This document shows positions 20,573-30,838 of a stretch of DNA of 64,000 nt, in pieces (within the stretch, counting starts at the first letter, position 1; each line of letters opens with the position of its first letter). The translations under genes and the position numbers were made by a program. Below the pieces are notes generated by a model. It was not told the origin of the DNA and did no database searches. It saw only the letters and a program-made list of their open reading frames with translations. Source of the DNA: an uncultured Lachnospiraceae bacterium (GTDB taxonomy: Bacteria; Bacillota; Clostridia; Lachnospirales; Lachnospiraceae); the NCBI GenBank assembly GCA_902768735.1, contig CACXMK010000007.1, positions 10,725 through 74,724 on the forward strand. The letters are read 5' to 3'.

Positions 20573-21523
20573 TTGAAATTCGCAGTGCGCCGCATTACGG
20601 CGCTTCTTATTACCATGATCATGGTATCCTTTCTGGCTTTTGCCGCCTTCCATATGATCTCCGGCGACCCCGCACAGGCGATCCTGGGGACGAATGCCAC
20701 ACCGGAAAGATTGGAACTGATGAGGCAGCAGCTTGGTCTCGATAAACCGTTCCTCGTTCAGTATTTCAGCTGGCTGACCGGATTCTTTTCTGGGAATCTC
20801 GGCATTTCCTACAGCTACAGACAGCCTGTTGCGAGCCTGATCATGCCCAAACTGAAGGTGACGCTCCTCATGGTCATGATCAGTTTCGTGATCATCGTGG
20901 TGTGTTCGCTTCCTCTTGGCCTTCGTTCCGCGCAGAAGGCCAGCGGCCGCTTTGACTGGGTTCGGACGACGATCGGACAGCTTTGCATGGCAGTGCCCGC
21001 GTTCTTCCTCAGTATCCTGGTCTCGTATCTGTTCGGCATCGTTCTCAAGTGGTTCACACCGGGCGATTTTCCGAAGATCGACAGGAATTTCGCAGGGGCT
21101 GTCAGGTATCTGTTTTTTGCCGCTGTCTGTATTGCGATCCCCAGGATCGCGATGACGGTTAGAATGCTTCGGAGCACGATCATCCAGGAGATGGAGAAGG
21201 ACTATGTCCGCACGGCCATCTCCAGGGGAAACGACAGGTCGGAAGTCCTCCGGAAGCATGTCCTTAAGAACTCCCTGGTGCCGACGATCACGTTCCTCGG
21301 CCAGACGATGGCGGAGATCGTGGGCGGAAGCATCGTTGTCGAGCAGGTTTTTGGCATCCCCGGGATGGGGAGGTTCCTCGTGGCATCGATCTCCAACAGG
21401 GACTATCCGGTCGTGGAAGCTCTGGTCGTCATTCTGGCGTTCTGGGTCATCCTCTCGGGAACCGTTGCGGATCTGATCGGTCAAAAGATCGACCCGCGTC
21501 TCAGACTGGGAGGCCGAGCATGA
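20573..21523 (+). CDS. peptide ABC transporter permease (DppB/OppB-like)
   Basis: GDPA, LGLDKP, YVRTA.SRG, VEQVFGIPGMG, RDYPVV, DPRLR motifs; TTG start after GAAAGGAG. Confidence 0.9.
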   Translation: MKFAVRRITALLITMIMVSFLAFAAFHMISGDPAQAILGTNATPERLELMRQQLGLDKPFLVQYFSWLTGFFSGNLGISYSYRQPVASLIMPKLKVTLLMVMISFVIIVVCSLPLGLRSAQKASGRFDWVRTTIGQLCMAVPAFFLSILVSYLFGIVLKWFTPGDFPKIDRNFAGAVRYLFFAAVCIAIPRIAMTVRMLRSTIIQEMEKDYVRTAISRGNDRSEVLRKHVLKNSLVPTITFLGQTMAEIVGGSIVVEQVFGIPGMGRFLVASISNRDYPVVEALVVILAFWVILSGTVADLIGQKIDPRLRLGGRA

Positions 21524-22329
21524 AGAAATACAAACTGAATGGCTACCTGGTAGCGGGGATCATCCTCACAGGCATTATTATATTGTGGATCATCGCCGGG
21601 AGGTTTTACACTCCCTATAATCCCACCAAAATGAGCTCGGCGAAGCTCCAGGGACCGTCCCTCGCGCACCTGTTCGGGACGGATAAATTCGGCAGGGATA
21701 TCTTCAGCCGCGTTATGCAGGGGTCCGGCACGACACTTGTGATCGCTGTACTGACAATTTTGATCGGCAGTGTCTGCGGTACGATCGTCGGCGCTATGAC
21801 CGGTTACTTTGGCGGAATGCTGGACGAAGTATTGATGCGTATCAACGACGCTCTGACCGCGTTTCCGAGCATACTGCTCGCCCTGGTCATCATCAGTATC
21901 CTGGGCCCGGGCAAGCAGAATGTCATCATCGCGCTGGGAATCGTCTTTATTCCGAGTTATGCGCGCGTGACAAGGACGGCCTTTGCCTCCCAGCGGGAAG
22001 TCAACTATATCACGAGCGCGAGGCTGATGGGAGCGAGCAGCTCCCGGATCCTTCTCGTCCATATGCTGCCAAACACGCTCCACGTGCTTCTGCCGGCAAT
22101 GACGATCGGCTTTAACAACGCAGTACTTGCGGAGGCGAGCATGAGCTTTCTCGGGATCGGCGTTACGCCGCCGGACGTCTCTATGGGGTATATGCTCTCC
22201 GAGGCGCAGGGAATGTTCAAATCGGCGCCCTGGTACGCGCTGAGCGTCGGCATGGTAATCGCGCTCCTGGTCTTCGGCGTGGGTCTCATCGGCGAAGGGC
22301 TGCAGCGCAGAAATAAGGAGGTGGACTGA
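21520..22329 (+). CDS. peptide ABC transporter permease (DppC/OppC-like)
   Basis: HLFGTDKFGRDIFSR, HMLPN, EASMSFLGIG motifs. Confidence 0.92.
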   Translation: MKKYKLNGYLVAGIILTGIIILWIIAGRFYTPYNPTKMSSAKLQGPSLAHLFGTDKFGRDIFSRVMQGSGTTLVIAVLTILIGSVCGTIVGAMTGYFGGMLDEVLMRINDALTAFPSILLALVIISILGPGKQNVIIALGIVFIPSYARVTRTAFASQREVNYITSARLMGASSSRILLVHMLPNTLHVLLPAMTIGFNNAVLAEASMSFLGIGVTPPDVSMGYMLSEAQGMFKSAPWYALSVGMVIALLVFGVGLIGEGLQRRNKEVD

Positions 22330-23213
22330 TGCTTGAAGTCAGAGATCTCCATGTGAAATTCCATAACAGAGACAGGGAAGCGGTTGCAGGCGTAAGCTTT
22401 ACGATCCGCGAAGGCGAGATCCTCGGTCTTGTGGGAGAATCCGGCTCCGGAAAATCCGTCACGGCGATGAGTATCGCGGGCCTTCTTCCCAGAAAAAAAT
22501 GCGATTACAGAGGCGATGTCCTGGTGGACGGCGAAGATATGCTTCACGCCGACCGAAGCTTTCTGCGGAAAGTGCAGGGCAGCAAGATCGGCGTTGTCTT
22601 CCAGGAGCCGATGAGCGCCATGGACCCCCTCATGAAAGTCGGAAAACAGGTGGAAGAGGTCCTGGAGATCCACACGGATATGAAGCCGGAAGAGAGAAAA
22701 AAGAGGGCGATCGAGGCGCTGACGGACGTCGAGCTTCCGGATCCGGAGGCGGTATACGACAAGTATCCGCACGAGCTGTCCGGAGGAATGCTTCAGAGAT
22801 CCATGATCGCCGCGGCGATCGTCAGCCGACCGGGCCTCCTTCTCCTTGACGAGCCTACGACAGCACTGGACGTCACGATCCAGGCGCAGATCTTAAAGCT
22901 CCTTGAAAAACTCAATAAGGAATACGGGATGTCCATGCTCTTTATCTCCCATAACCTCAATGTCGTGCGAAAGCTCTGCAAGCGCGTCGCCGTCATGCAG
23001 AAGGGCGTGATCGTGGAAGAGGGACTGACCGACGATGTCTTTTTCAGGCCGCAGCATCCCTATACGCAGCATCTGATCGCCTGCATTCCGGCGAGAGTAA
23101 AAGTGATCGCCAAGAAGAACGCAGAGTCGCGTATGCCGACAGAGTTGACAGAAGGGACGGTTCTCTCTGTCAATGCGGAAACGGACGTGAAGGGAGGTGA
23201 GCGGTATGAATGA
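22329..23213 (+). CDS. peptide ABC transporter ATPase (DppD-like)
   Basis: [32 protein letters not shown] motifs. Confidence 0.92.
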   Translation: MLEVRDLHVKFHNRDREAVAGVSFTIREGEILGLVGESGSGKSVTAMSIAGLLPRKKCDYRGDVLVDGEDMLHADRSFLRKVQGSKIGVVFQEPMSAMDPLMKVGKQVEEVLEIHTDMKPEERKKRAIEALTDVELPDPEAVYDKYPHELSGGMLQRSMIAAAIVSRPGLLLLDEPTTALDVTIQAQILKLLEKLNKEYGMSMLFISHNLNVVRKLCKRVAVMQKGVIVEEGLTDDVFFRPQHPYTQHLIACIPARVKVIAKKNAESRMPTELTEGTVLSVNAETDVKGGERYE

Positions 23214-24036
23214 CAACGTCGATCGTATCGATGATATTGTTGAGTCGATCGCGCCTGTACTTGGCATGGAGTCCATCGAAAAAGCAGCCGAACCGCCCGA
23301 GGTGCAGCATCCGCTCGTTCTTGAAGTCAAACATGTGAACGGCGGTTACCGCACGCCCGGCCTCATCGGCAGGGGAAAATACCATCAGGTTCTCTTCGAC
23401 GTAGATTTTAACATCAGACACGGTGAGATCATGGGACTTGTGGGAGAGAGCGGCACCGGTAAATCCACACTCGCCAAGATGATCCTCGGCATGGAAAAGC
23501 CTGAGCAGGGGCAGATCATTCACTATACAAAAAGGCCCCAGATCATCTTTCAGGATCCCTACAGTTCATTGAATCCGGCGTATTCTGTCGAGTGGTCGCT
23601 AGAAGAGCCGCTGCGCGTTTTTGGCAAATACGATGAACCGGAGAGAAAGCGACGTGTGCGCGAAATGCTTGCAAGAGTGGAACTGCCGGAAGAGTGCCTG
23701 TACGCAAAGCCTTCGGAATTATCCGGCGGGCAGAGACAGAGGGTCAGTATCGCGGCGGCCCTTATCCGGAGGCCGCGGTTCATCATCGCGGACGAGCCGG
23801 TCTCGGCGCTGGACGTCACGATCCAGGCGCAGATCCTTCAGCTCCTTCGGGACCTGCGGGAAGAACTCGACCTGAGTTACCTCTTTATTTCGCACGACCT
23901 GAACGTCGTCTACCAGCTTTGTGACAGAGTCCTTGTCATGAAGAAGGGACGGATCGTGGAGCAGGGGACCGTAGACGAAGTCTACGACCACCCGAAGGAA
24001 GAGTATACGAAGCAGCTGCTGGCGGCAGCGCAGTAA
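23206..24036 (+). CDS. peptide ABC transporter ATPase (DppF-like)
   Basis: [34 protein letters not shown] motifs; GGAGG RBS. Confidence 0.92.
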   Translation: MNDNVDRIDDIVESIAPVLGMESIEKAAEPPEVQHPLVLEVKHVNGGYRTPGLIGRGKYHQVLFDVDFNIRHGEIMGLVGESGTGKSTLAKMILGMEKPEQGQIIHYTKRPQIIFQDPYSSLNPAYSVEWSLEEPLRVFGKYDEPERKRRVREMLARVELPEECLYAKPSELSGGQRQRVSIAAALIRRPRFIIADEPVSALDVTIQAQILQLLRDLREELDLSYLFISHDLNVVYQLCDRVLVMKKGRIVEQGTVDEVYDHPKEEYTKQLLAAAQ

Positions 24037-24070
24037 AAAAGTGAGCCGGGATTTTCCTCGGCTCACTTTT
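24035..24070. terminator. bidirectional terminator
   Basis: AAAAAAGTGAGCCG...CGGCTCACTTTTT between convergent genes. Confidence 0.85.
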
Positions 24071-24104
24071 TGCATTTTCTGCGGTGTCATTCTCACATAT
24101 TCTT

Positions 24105-24665
24105 TTACTTATTCTTTTCTTTGCTCTCCTCAGCGATCATCCTGCCCCGGAGCTCTTCGAGCATCACGGGCGTGTAACCTATCCTCTCAACACTGACGCA
24201 GGCGCTCCGGCTGCTGACGGAACAGTAAGTCGGATTATTGTGTACATGGCCGTAGAGATTGGCGTAAGGCATGCTGCGGCTTATGTATAGCGGATCGTGG
24301 GAGAGCATAAAGAATCCTTTCAGGATGACCGGAAGATCATAGCACTCCTCAAATCCCAGTTCACGCCACTTCTGAGCGGAGAGGCAGAGATCATGGTTCC
24401 CCATAACAAGATATTTATGTCCCTTCAGCTGCGAGAGCAGTTCGCGGCAGCGGTCTTCGCCCTGCGAACAGAAGTCGCCCAGATGATAGACAAGATCATC
24501 GTCTCCGACAGTCCCGTTCCACCGCCGGACCATCTCCAGGTCCATTTCCTCCACATCCCGAAACGGCCTCTCCTCATACAGCCTGATATTCTCGTCCCCA
24601 AAGTGCGTGTCGGCGATCAAAAAGATCCTCCCGGCTCCTTCTGAAATACTATTACTGCTGGACAT
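24105..24665 (-). CDS. calcineurin-like metallophosphoesterase
   Basis: ADTHF, HLGDF, GNHD, SH.P, GHVH motifs. Confidence 0.85.
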   Translation of the reverse strand: MSSSNSISEGAGRIFLIADTHFGDENIRLYEERPFRDVEEMDLEMVRRWNGTVGDDDLVYHLGDFCSQGEDRCRELLSQLKGHKYLVMGNHDLCLSAQKWRELGFEECYDLPVILKGFFMLSHDPLYISRSMPYANLYGHVHNNPTYCSVSSRSACVSVERIGYTPVMLEELRGRMIAEESKEKNK

Positions 24666-24877
24666 CGTACCTATCCCCCCACCTTGACTATTTCTGATAA
24701 GTGCTAAAAACATATTACCACATAGAAGGTGAAGTTTGTAACTGATACGAAAGGCATAGAGAAGACCCTATATACGTCCGGCGGAGAGAATTAGAGGATC
24801 GTGAGCCGACGCCGGGCACGTAAGAGGCCTCCGTCAATCACCGCTTTATATTTTGTTTAGAATAATCCCAATAATAA

Positions 24878-24905
24878 TTGACATAAAGTTTAGCAATAGT
24901 ATAAT
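24878..24905 (+). promoter_or_regulatory. probable promoter of the XRE regulator/pot operon
   Basis: TTGACA-16 nt-TATAAT. Confidence 0.7.
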
Positions 24906-25067
24906 TGTGAATCGTAGCGAAAAAAGTTTAGTGACAGAATATTTTCAGTATATTATAGGAAATGTCGGAAAGCGCCGGACATCTACGGAAAAAGAAGGAA
25001 AAATGTACGAAAAAAAGCAGGGGAAAAAGCGGCGCGGAAGGATCGTCGGATCAGGAAGGCGGTACGG

Positions 25068-25622
25068 ATGGAAACAGATAACGTGAACAGAGATATCGGA
25101 AGAAGGATCAAAGATCTCCGGAACCGTAACGGCCTGACCCAGCAGGAGCTGGCGGACCGAACGGAACTCACGAAGGGTTTTATCTCCCAGCTTGAGAGGG
25201 GCCAGGTCTCCGCGTCGGTGGTGACACTGATGGACCTCATCGAGTGCCTCGGGACGACACCGGCGGAATTCTTTAAGGATGAAGAGGAAAAAGTCGTTTT
25301 CACGGAATCGGAGTACTTCGAAAAACTGGACGAAATGGGCAACAGCAAACAGTGGATCGTGCCTACGGCGCAGAGATTCCAGATGGAGCCGCTGCTCGTG
25401 CTGGTGCAGCCCCACTCCTCGCTGGAGGAGGACAAGCCTCATAACGGAGAGGAATTCGGATACCTGATGAGCGGGAGGCTCAATATTCATCTGGGAGAGA
25501 AGGTGTACCACATAAAGTCCGGGGAAAGTTTCTATTATCAGGCGTCACAGAAACATCGGATCGAAAATCCCGGCAGCAGGCCCGCAAAGTTCTTGTGGAT
25601 CAGCACGCCGCCGGAGTTTTAA
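25068..25622 (+). CDS. XRE-HTH/cupin regulator (PuuR/PotR-like)
   Basis: LTQQELADRTELTKGFISQLER HTH; HNGEEFGY cupin; directly precedes potABCD. Confidence 0.9.
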   Translation: METDNVNRDIGRRIKDLRNRNGLTQQELADRTELTKGFISQLERGQVSASVVTLMDLIECLGTTPAEFFKDEEEKVVFTESEYFEKLDEMGNSKQWIVPTAQRFQMEPLLVLVQPHSSLEEDKPHNGEEFGYLMSGRLNIHLGEKVYHIKSGESFYYQASQKHRIENPGSRPAKFLWISTPPEF

Positions 25623-25700
25623 GACACGATACGAAGCATTTGGGATAAGAATTGCTGTACAGGCATCATAAACCATAGATTATGAACGGAGACCAAGGAA

Positions 25701-27143
25701 ATGGACAAGAATACTAATATCATTGAACTGCGAGGGATCACTAAGGTATATGAAGACGGTTATACTGCGGTTGACGATTTCAATCTGGAAGTGAAGAGGG
25801 GGGAATTTGTGACGCTTCTGGGACCTTCCGGCTGCGGCAAGACGACGACGCTCCGCATGATCGCCGGTTTTGCGATGCCTACAAAGGGGGAGATCCTCTT
25901 AAACGGCAAACCGATCACGAACCTGCCGCCCTACGAGCGCCCCGTCAATACGGTATTCCAGAGATACGCTCTTTTCCCGCACATGAATATCTTTAACAAT
26001 ATCGCGTTCGGCCTCAGGCAGAAGAAGACACCGAAGGATGTGATCGAGCGCAAGGTCAGGAGAGTCCTGGACCTGGTGGACCTCGAGGGCTTTGAAGAGA
26101 GAAGCGTCAGCACGCTCTCCGGCGGACAGCAGCAGAGGATCGCGATCGCCCGAGCGCTTGTCAATGAGCCTGAGATCCTTCTCCTCGACGAACCTCTTGG
26201 CGCACTGGATCTCAAGATGCGCAAGGAGATGCAGCTCGAGCTTAAAGACATGCACGACAAGCTGGGCATCACCTTCATCTATGTCACGCACGACCAGGAA
26301 GAAGCGCTCACGATGTCCGATAAGATCGTCGTTATGAGCGAGGGCAAAATACAGCAGATCGGCACTCCCGAAGACATCTACAACGAGCCGAAGAACGCGT
26401 TCGTCGCCGACTTCATCGGCGAGAGCAATATCTTCAACGGAATGATGACGGGCAAGCTCAAGGCGAGATTCTGCGGCGGCGAGTTTGACTGCGTGGACGA
26501 CTACGAGGAAGGCACTCACATTACGGCGGTCGTAAGACCGGAGGACGTGGTGCTCGTGAAGCCGGAAACCGGCACGATCCAGGGCGTTGTCGACAGCGTG
26601 ATCTTTAAGGGAATGCATTACGAGATCACTGTTTTGTCAGGAAAGAACGAGATTGTGAGCCAGACCGTTAACTCTGCGAAGGCAGGGGACAGGGTCGGCA
26701 TCCGCGTTGCGCCGGGCAATATCCACATCATGCTCGCGGAGGACCACACGAACCTCTTCTTCGCGGACATCAACCGCGACTTCAAGCTGGAGTACAACGA
26801 CCACCTGCTGGATACGAGCGTGACCAGGATCATCAAGGGAAGCCACAGGAATGAAGAGGGCACGCTTTTGGATGCCAGCGGAGAGGCGATCGATCCCAAC
26901 AGGATGCGCATCCAGGTGGCGATCGGACCGAATGATATCCAGATGACGGATGACCAGGAAGCCGGTCTGGTTCAGGGAACCATCAGCAACCTGATCTACA
27001 AGGGCGACCACTACAGCTATATCATCCACACGGAACTGGAGCAGGATTTCGTCGTCAACGACGAGTACCTGTGGAATATGGGAGACCGCGTCAGTCTCCT
27101 GATGCCTGTGGACAAGATGACATTCACGCTCAAAAAGAAGTGA
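25701..27143 (+). CDS. potA: spermidine/putrescine ABC transporter ATPase
   Basis: GPSGCGKTT, VFQRYALFPH, LSGGQQQR, DEPLGALD motifs; duplicated C-terminal TOBE-like region. Confidence 0.92.
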   Translation: MDKNTNIIELRGITKVYEDGYTAVDDFNLEVKRGEFVTLLGPSGCGKTTTLRMIAGFAMPTKGEILLNGKPITNLPPYERPVNTVFQRYALFPHMNIFNNIAFGLRQKKTPKDVIERKVRRVLDLVDLEGFEERSVSTLSGGQQQRIAIARALVNEPEILLLDEPLGALDLKMRKEMQLELKDMHDKLGITFIYVTHDQEEALTMSDKIVVMSEGKIQQIGTPEDIYNEPKNAFVADFIGESNIFNGMMTGKLKARFCGGEFDCVDDYEEGTHITAVVRPEDVVLVKPETGTIQGVVDSVIFKGMHYEITVLSGKNEIVSQTVNSAKAGDRVGIRVAPGNIHIMLAEDHTNLFFADINRDFKLEYNDHLLDTSVTRIIKGSHRNEEGTLLDASGEAIDPNRMRIQVAIGPNDIQMTDDQEAGLVQGTISNLIYKGDHYSYIIHTELEQDFVVNDEYLWNMGDRVSLLMPVDKMTFTLKKK

Positions 27144-27145
27144 TA

Positions 27146-27202
27146 TTTTAAGAGCAGATATCTTAAGAGCGGATATCTTATGAGCGGATGTCTTAAGAGC
27201 GG
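27146..27202 (+). repeat. four imperfect 15-bp tandem repeats (consensus TCTTAAGAGCGGATA)
   Basis: ttttaagagcagata / tcttaagagcggata / tcttatgagcggatg / tcttaagagcgg. Confidence 0.85.
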
Positions 27203-27255
27203 CCGGTAAAATGCCTGACCGTTATGATATGTTGTAATGATACGGAGGAAGAACA

Positions 27256-28041
27256 TTGAGCATTTCAAGAAAGAACCTGGGAATTCCATACGCCGTGTTT
27301 CTTATGATCTTCGTCGTGGCGCCCCTGATCGTTCTCATTTTTTACGCGTTTACGAACGGACAGGGACAGTTCACGCTGGAGAATCTCACAGGATTTTTCA
27401 CGGATCCCAACACGCTGGGGACGCTGTTCTACAGCTTTGCGATCTCGTTTGTCACGACGGCGATCTGCCTTCTTCTGGCTTACCCGATCGCATATATACT
27501 TGCGATGAGCGAACTTAAGACCAAGTCGGTGATCGTCATGGTGTTCGTGCTCCCCATGTGGATCAATTTTTCCCTGCGCATTACGGCGCTTAAGGAAGTA
27601 CTCACGCTCCTTGAGGGAAATCTCGCGAGATTTCCGTTCTTTAACGCTGTGATCGGCATAACATACGATTTCCTGCCCTTCATGATCCTGCCGATCTTCA
27701 CGACGATCTCGAAGCTCGACCCCGCGCTCCGCGAGGCAGCCATGGACCTGGGCGCGAACAAATGGCAGACATTTTTGCAGGTCACGCTCCCCCTGTCGGT
27801 GCCCGGCATCGTCAGCGGCGTCTCTATGGTGTTTTTGCCAGCTATGACGAACTACGTCGTCCTGGATATGCTCTACAACAGCACTTACATCATGGGCAGC
27901 CTCATCGGCAGCTACTTCTCGGCATATAACTGGCACGGAGGCTCCATGATCGCGCTGATCCTGCTGGTGATCATCTGTATTTTCACCCTGCTCACTTCGA
28001 CCGGGGAGGAGACCGCGGAGAGAGGAGGTGCCCTGTTATGA
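27256..28041 (+). CDS. potB: polyamine ABC transporter permease
   Basis: LPMWIN, EAAMDLGA, LPLSVPG motifs; TTG start after GGAGG. Confidence 0.88.
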   Translation: MSISRKNLGIPYAVFLMIFVVAPLIVLIFYAFTNGQGQFTLENLTGFFTDPNTLGTLFYSFAISFVTTAICLLLAYPIAYILAMSELKTKSVIVMVFVLPMWINFSLRITALKEVLTLLEGNLARFPFFNAVIGITYDFLPFMILPIFTTISKLDPALREAAMDLGANKWQTFLQVTLPLSVPGIVSGVSMVFLPAMTNYVVLDMLYNSTYIMGSLIGSYFSAYNWHGGSMIALILLVIICIFTLLTSTGEETAERGGALL

Positions 28042-28841
28042 CAGCCAAAATAGTGAAGCGCGCATTTTTACTCCTCATGCTCCTGTTTATCTACCTGCCG
28101 ATCCTGATCCTGGCGGTCTACAGCTTTACCAGCGCTACGCAGATCGGCGCGATCCGCGGTTTCTCCGTGAAGAATTACGTGACGCTGTTCACGACGCCGG
28201 AACTGACGGACATGATCAAGGGAACGCTGTTTTTGGCGCTCGGCTCGGCGTTTATCGCGACGATCCTCGGGACACTGGGGGCGATCGGCGCCTTTTATTC
28301 CGGACGGAAGGCATCGACGCTGATCACGTCTCTCAACCAGGTCCCGGTCGTAAACGCGGATGTCGTGACGGGATTCTCGATCTGTATTCTGCTGGTCGTC
28401 GTGCTGCACGTCAGCAAAGAAACCTTTATACCGCTCGTGGCGGGACATGTGACGCTCTGCGCGCCGTTCGTGTTTTTGTCCGTCATGCCCAAGATCAAGC
28501 AGATGGACTCGAGTATCTACGAGGCGGCGCTGGACCTCGGCGCTACGCCCTTTACGGCTCTGATGCAGATCGTTATCCCGCAGATCGTACCGGGTATCAT
28601 CTCCGGTTTTGCACTGGCGGTCACCCTTTCTCTGGATGATTACTTTATCGCGATGTACACAAAGCCCGCGATGTTCAACACGATCAGTACCTATGTCGTC
28701 AACGCGACCAAGGGCTCCCAGACAACGATCAAAACAGCGCTCTGGGCACTCTCTACAGTGATCTTCGCGGTCGTCGTCCTGATCGTGGTGGGAATGAACA
28801 TCAGAGCCATGAGGCAGGAAGGAGGACGCCGTGAAGTATAA
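28038..28841 (+). CDS. potC: polyamine ABC transporter permease
   Basis: YLPI, EAALDLGA, SLDD motifs. Confidence 0.88.
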   Translation: MTAKIVKRAFLLLMLLFIYLPILILAVYSFTSATQIGAIRGFSVKNYVTLFTTPELTDMIKGTLFLALGSAFIATILGTLGAIGAFYSGRKASTLITSLNQVPVVNADVVTGFSICILLVVVLHVSKETFIPLVAGHVTLCAPFVFLSVMPKIKQMDSSIYEAALDLGATPFTALMQIVIPQIVPGIISGFALAVTLSLDDYFIAMYTKPAMFNTISTYVVNATKGSQTTIKTALWALSTVIFAVVVLIVVGMNIRAMRQEGGRREV

Positions 28842-30366
28842 AAAAAGAACATGGTCTGTCCTTACCGCTGCGGCTGCCGCGCTCATCATGACAGCCGGCA
28901 TCGTTTTCGCGGCTCCCATGAGTGTCTGTGCAGCCGGGGAAACCGCCTCTGAAGAAGAAGTTGTCCTTCGCGTGTGCAACTGGGAGGAGTACATTGACCT
29001 GGGTGACTGGGACGAGGAAGAGACGATCGAGCTGGAGTCGGGGGATATCATCGGAGAGAACTCCATAATGGAGGACTTTGAGGCATGGTACGAGGAGACC
29101 TACGGGATCAAAGTGAAGGTGGAGTATTCCACTTTCGGCACGAACGAGGATCTCTACAACATGCTGACACTGGGCGATGAGTACGATCTTGTCTGCCCTT
29201 CGGAATACATGTTCATGAAACTGATAACGGAGAATATGCTCGTTCCGCTTTCCGACGGTTTTTTTGACGAATCTGTGGAGGAGAACTATTATGTGAGGGG
29301 CGTTTCCCCATACATCAGAAAGGTATTCGACGAACACCAGATCGGCGGAGAGCCGTGGAGCCGCTACGCGGCAGGGTATATGTGGGGCGTCACCGGTATC
29401 GTCTACAATCCGGATGTCGTTACCAGGGAGGAAGCTTCCACCTGGAAGATCCTGAGCAATCCGAAATTCAACAGACAGGTCACTATCAAGGACAATGTAA
29501 GGGATTCTTATTTTGCCGCAGTGGGCGCGATCAAGTCGGATCTGCTCACTACGGACGCTTTCCGGTCCGATCCGGAATACGCGCAAAAGCTCGAGGATGA
29601 GATGAACGATACGTCCCCGGAAATGATAGCGAAGGTGCAGGACTACCTGCAGCAGGTCAAGGACAATGTCTATTCCTTCGAGACGGATTCCGGCAAGGCG
29701 GATATGATCACCGGCAAAGTCGTCGCCAACTACCAGTGGTCGGGTGACGGCGTTTACTCGCTGGACCAGGCGGAGGAAGACGATTTCATCCTCGCGTTCG
29801 CGGTGCCGAAGGAGAGCACGAACATCTACTTCGACGGCTGGGTCATGCTCAAGAACGGGATCCGCGACAACGCGGCCAAACAGCATGCGGCGGAAGCGTT
29901 CATCAACTTTACTTCAAGACCCGACAATGCCGTGCGCAATATGTACTATATCGGCTACACTTCCGTGATCTCGGGCGGCGATGATCCGACGATCTTTGAA
30001 TACGCGGAGTACAATTACGGCGCGGATGACGACGAAGAAGAAATCGAAGAATACGATCTCGGGTACTTTTTTGACGAAGACGGGGAGTCCGGAGACTATG
30101 TGATCGAGGCACCGGCGGAACAGCTTGAGCGTCAGCTCTTTGCGGCTTATCCGCCGCAGGACGTCATGGACAGGTCCGCTGTCATGGTCTGTTTTGACAA
30201 GGAGCAGAACGCTTCGATCAACAGGATGTGGATCAACGTGCGCTGCTACAATCTCCTAAAAGCGCCGGTCTGGGCATGGATCCCCGTGATCGCGGTACTG
30301 TGCGGCATTGTCTGCCTTGCGGTGATCCGCATCAAAGCGGTGTTAAAAGCGCGCGGTAAAGGGTAA
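28831..30366 (+). CDS. potD: polyamine ABC transporter substrate-binding protein with a C-terminal TM anchor
   Basis: NWEEYI, TNEDLY, YDLVCPSEY, YMWG..GIVYN, WSGD motifs; hydrophobic C-terminus followed by basic residues. Confidence 0.85.
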   Translation: MKYKKRTWSVLTAAAAALIMTAGIVFAAPMSVCAAGETASEEEVVLRVCNWEEYIDLGDWDEEETIELESGDIIGENSIMEDFEAWYEETYGIKVKVEYSTFGTNEDLYNMLTLGDEYDLVCPSEYMFMKLITENMLVPLSDGFFDESVEENYYVRGVSPYIRKVFDEHQIGGEPWSRYAAGYMWGVTGIVYNPDVVTREEASTWKILSNPKFNRQVTIKDNVRDSYFAAVGAIKSDLLTTDAFRSDPEYAQKLEDEMNDTSPEMIAKVQDYLQQVKDNVYSFETDSGKADMITGKVVANYQWSGDGVYSLDQAEEDDFILAFAVPKESTNIYFDGWVMLKNGIRDNAAKQHAAEAFINFTSRPDNAVRNMYYIGYTSVISGGDDPTIFEYAEYNYGADDDEEEIEEYDLGYFFDEDGESGDYVIEAPAEQLERQLFAAYPPQDVMDRSAVMVCFDKEQNASINRMWINVRCYNLLKAPVWAWIPVIAVLCGIVCLAVIRIKAVLKARGKG

Positions 30367-30499
30367 GGACTGACTGGACAGAACGAAGGTATTTGAGATA
30401 AAATAGAGAGGGTATGAATCGGGAATAAACTGATCAGGTACAAAACCGGTCAGTTAAAGGCTAGTCAGGATATAGCTGTTCAGGAATGGAGGAGTTGGT

Positions 30500-30793
30500 A
30501 TGACGATCGAGAAAAAAGCGGAAGGCGGTCTGCTGAAACTCAAGGTATCCGGAAGACTTGATACTATGACGGCACCGGAACTGGAAAACGTCATTAAAGA
30601 GAATCTCAATGGTGCGGAGAAGCTGGTTCTGGATTTCAAAGATCTGGAATATATCTCCTCGGCAGGACTGCGTGTAGTACTCGGAGCAAGAAAGGCGATG
30701 GGAAACGGAGCGTTCTCCGTGTGCAACCTCTGCAGCGATGTCAGGGAAATTTTTGACATAACCGGTTTCTCGGATATCATTACGATAGAATAA
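30500..30793 (+). CDS. STAS-domain anti-sigma factor antagonist
   Basis: GRLDT, LEYISSAGLRV (phospho-Ser motif), EIFDITGF; GGAGG RBS. Confidence 0.92.
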   Translation: MTIEKKAEGGLLKLKVSGRLDTMTAPELENVIKENLNGAEKLVLDFKDLEYISSAGLRVVLGARKAMGNGAFSVCNLCSDVREIFDITGFSDIITIE

Positions 30794-30808
30794 AATACAG
30801 GCATAAAT

Positions 30809-30838
30809 AAAAAGGGAGGCCACATGGCCTCCCTTTTT
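30809..30838. terminator. bidirectional terminator between the STAS and PP2C genes
   Basis: AAAAAGGGAGGCCA-CA-TGGCCTCCCTTTTT. Confidence 0.85.
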
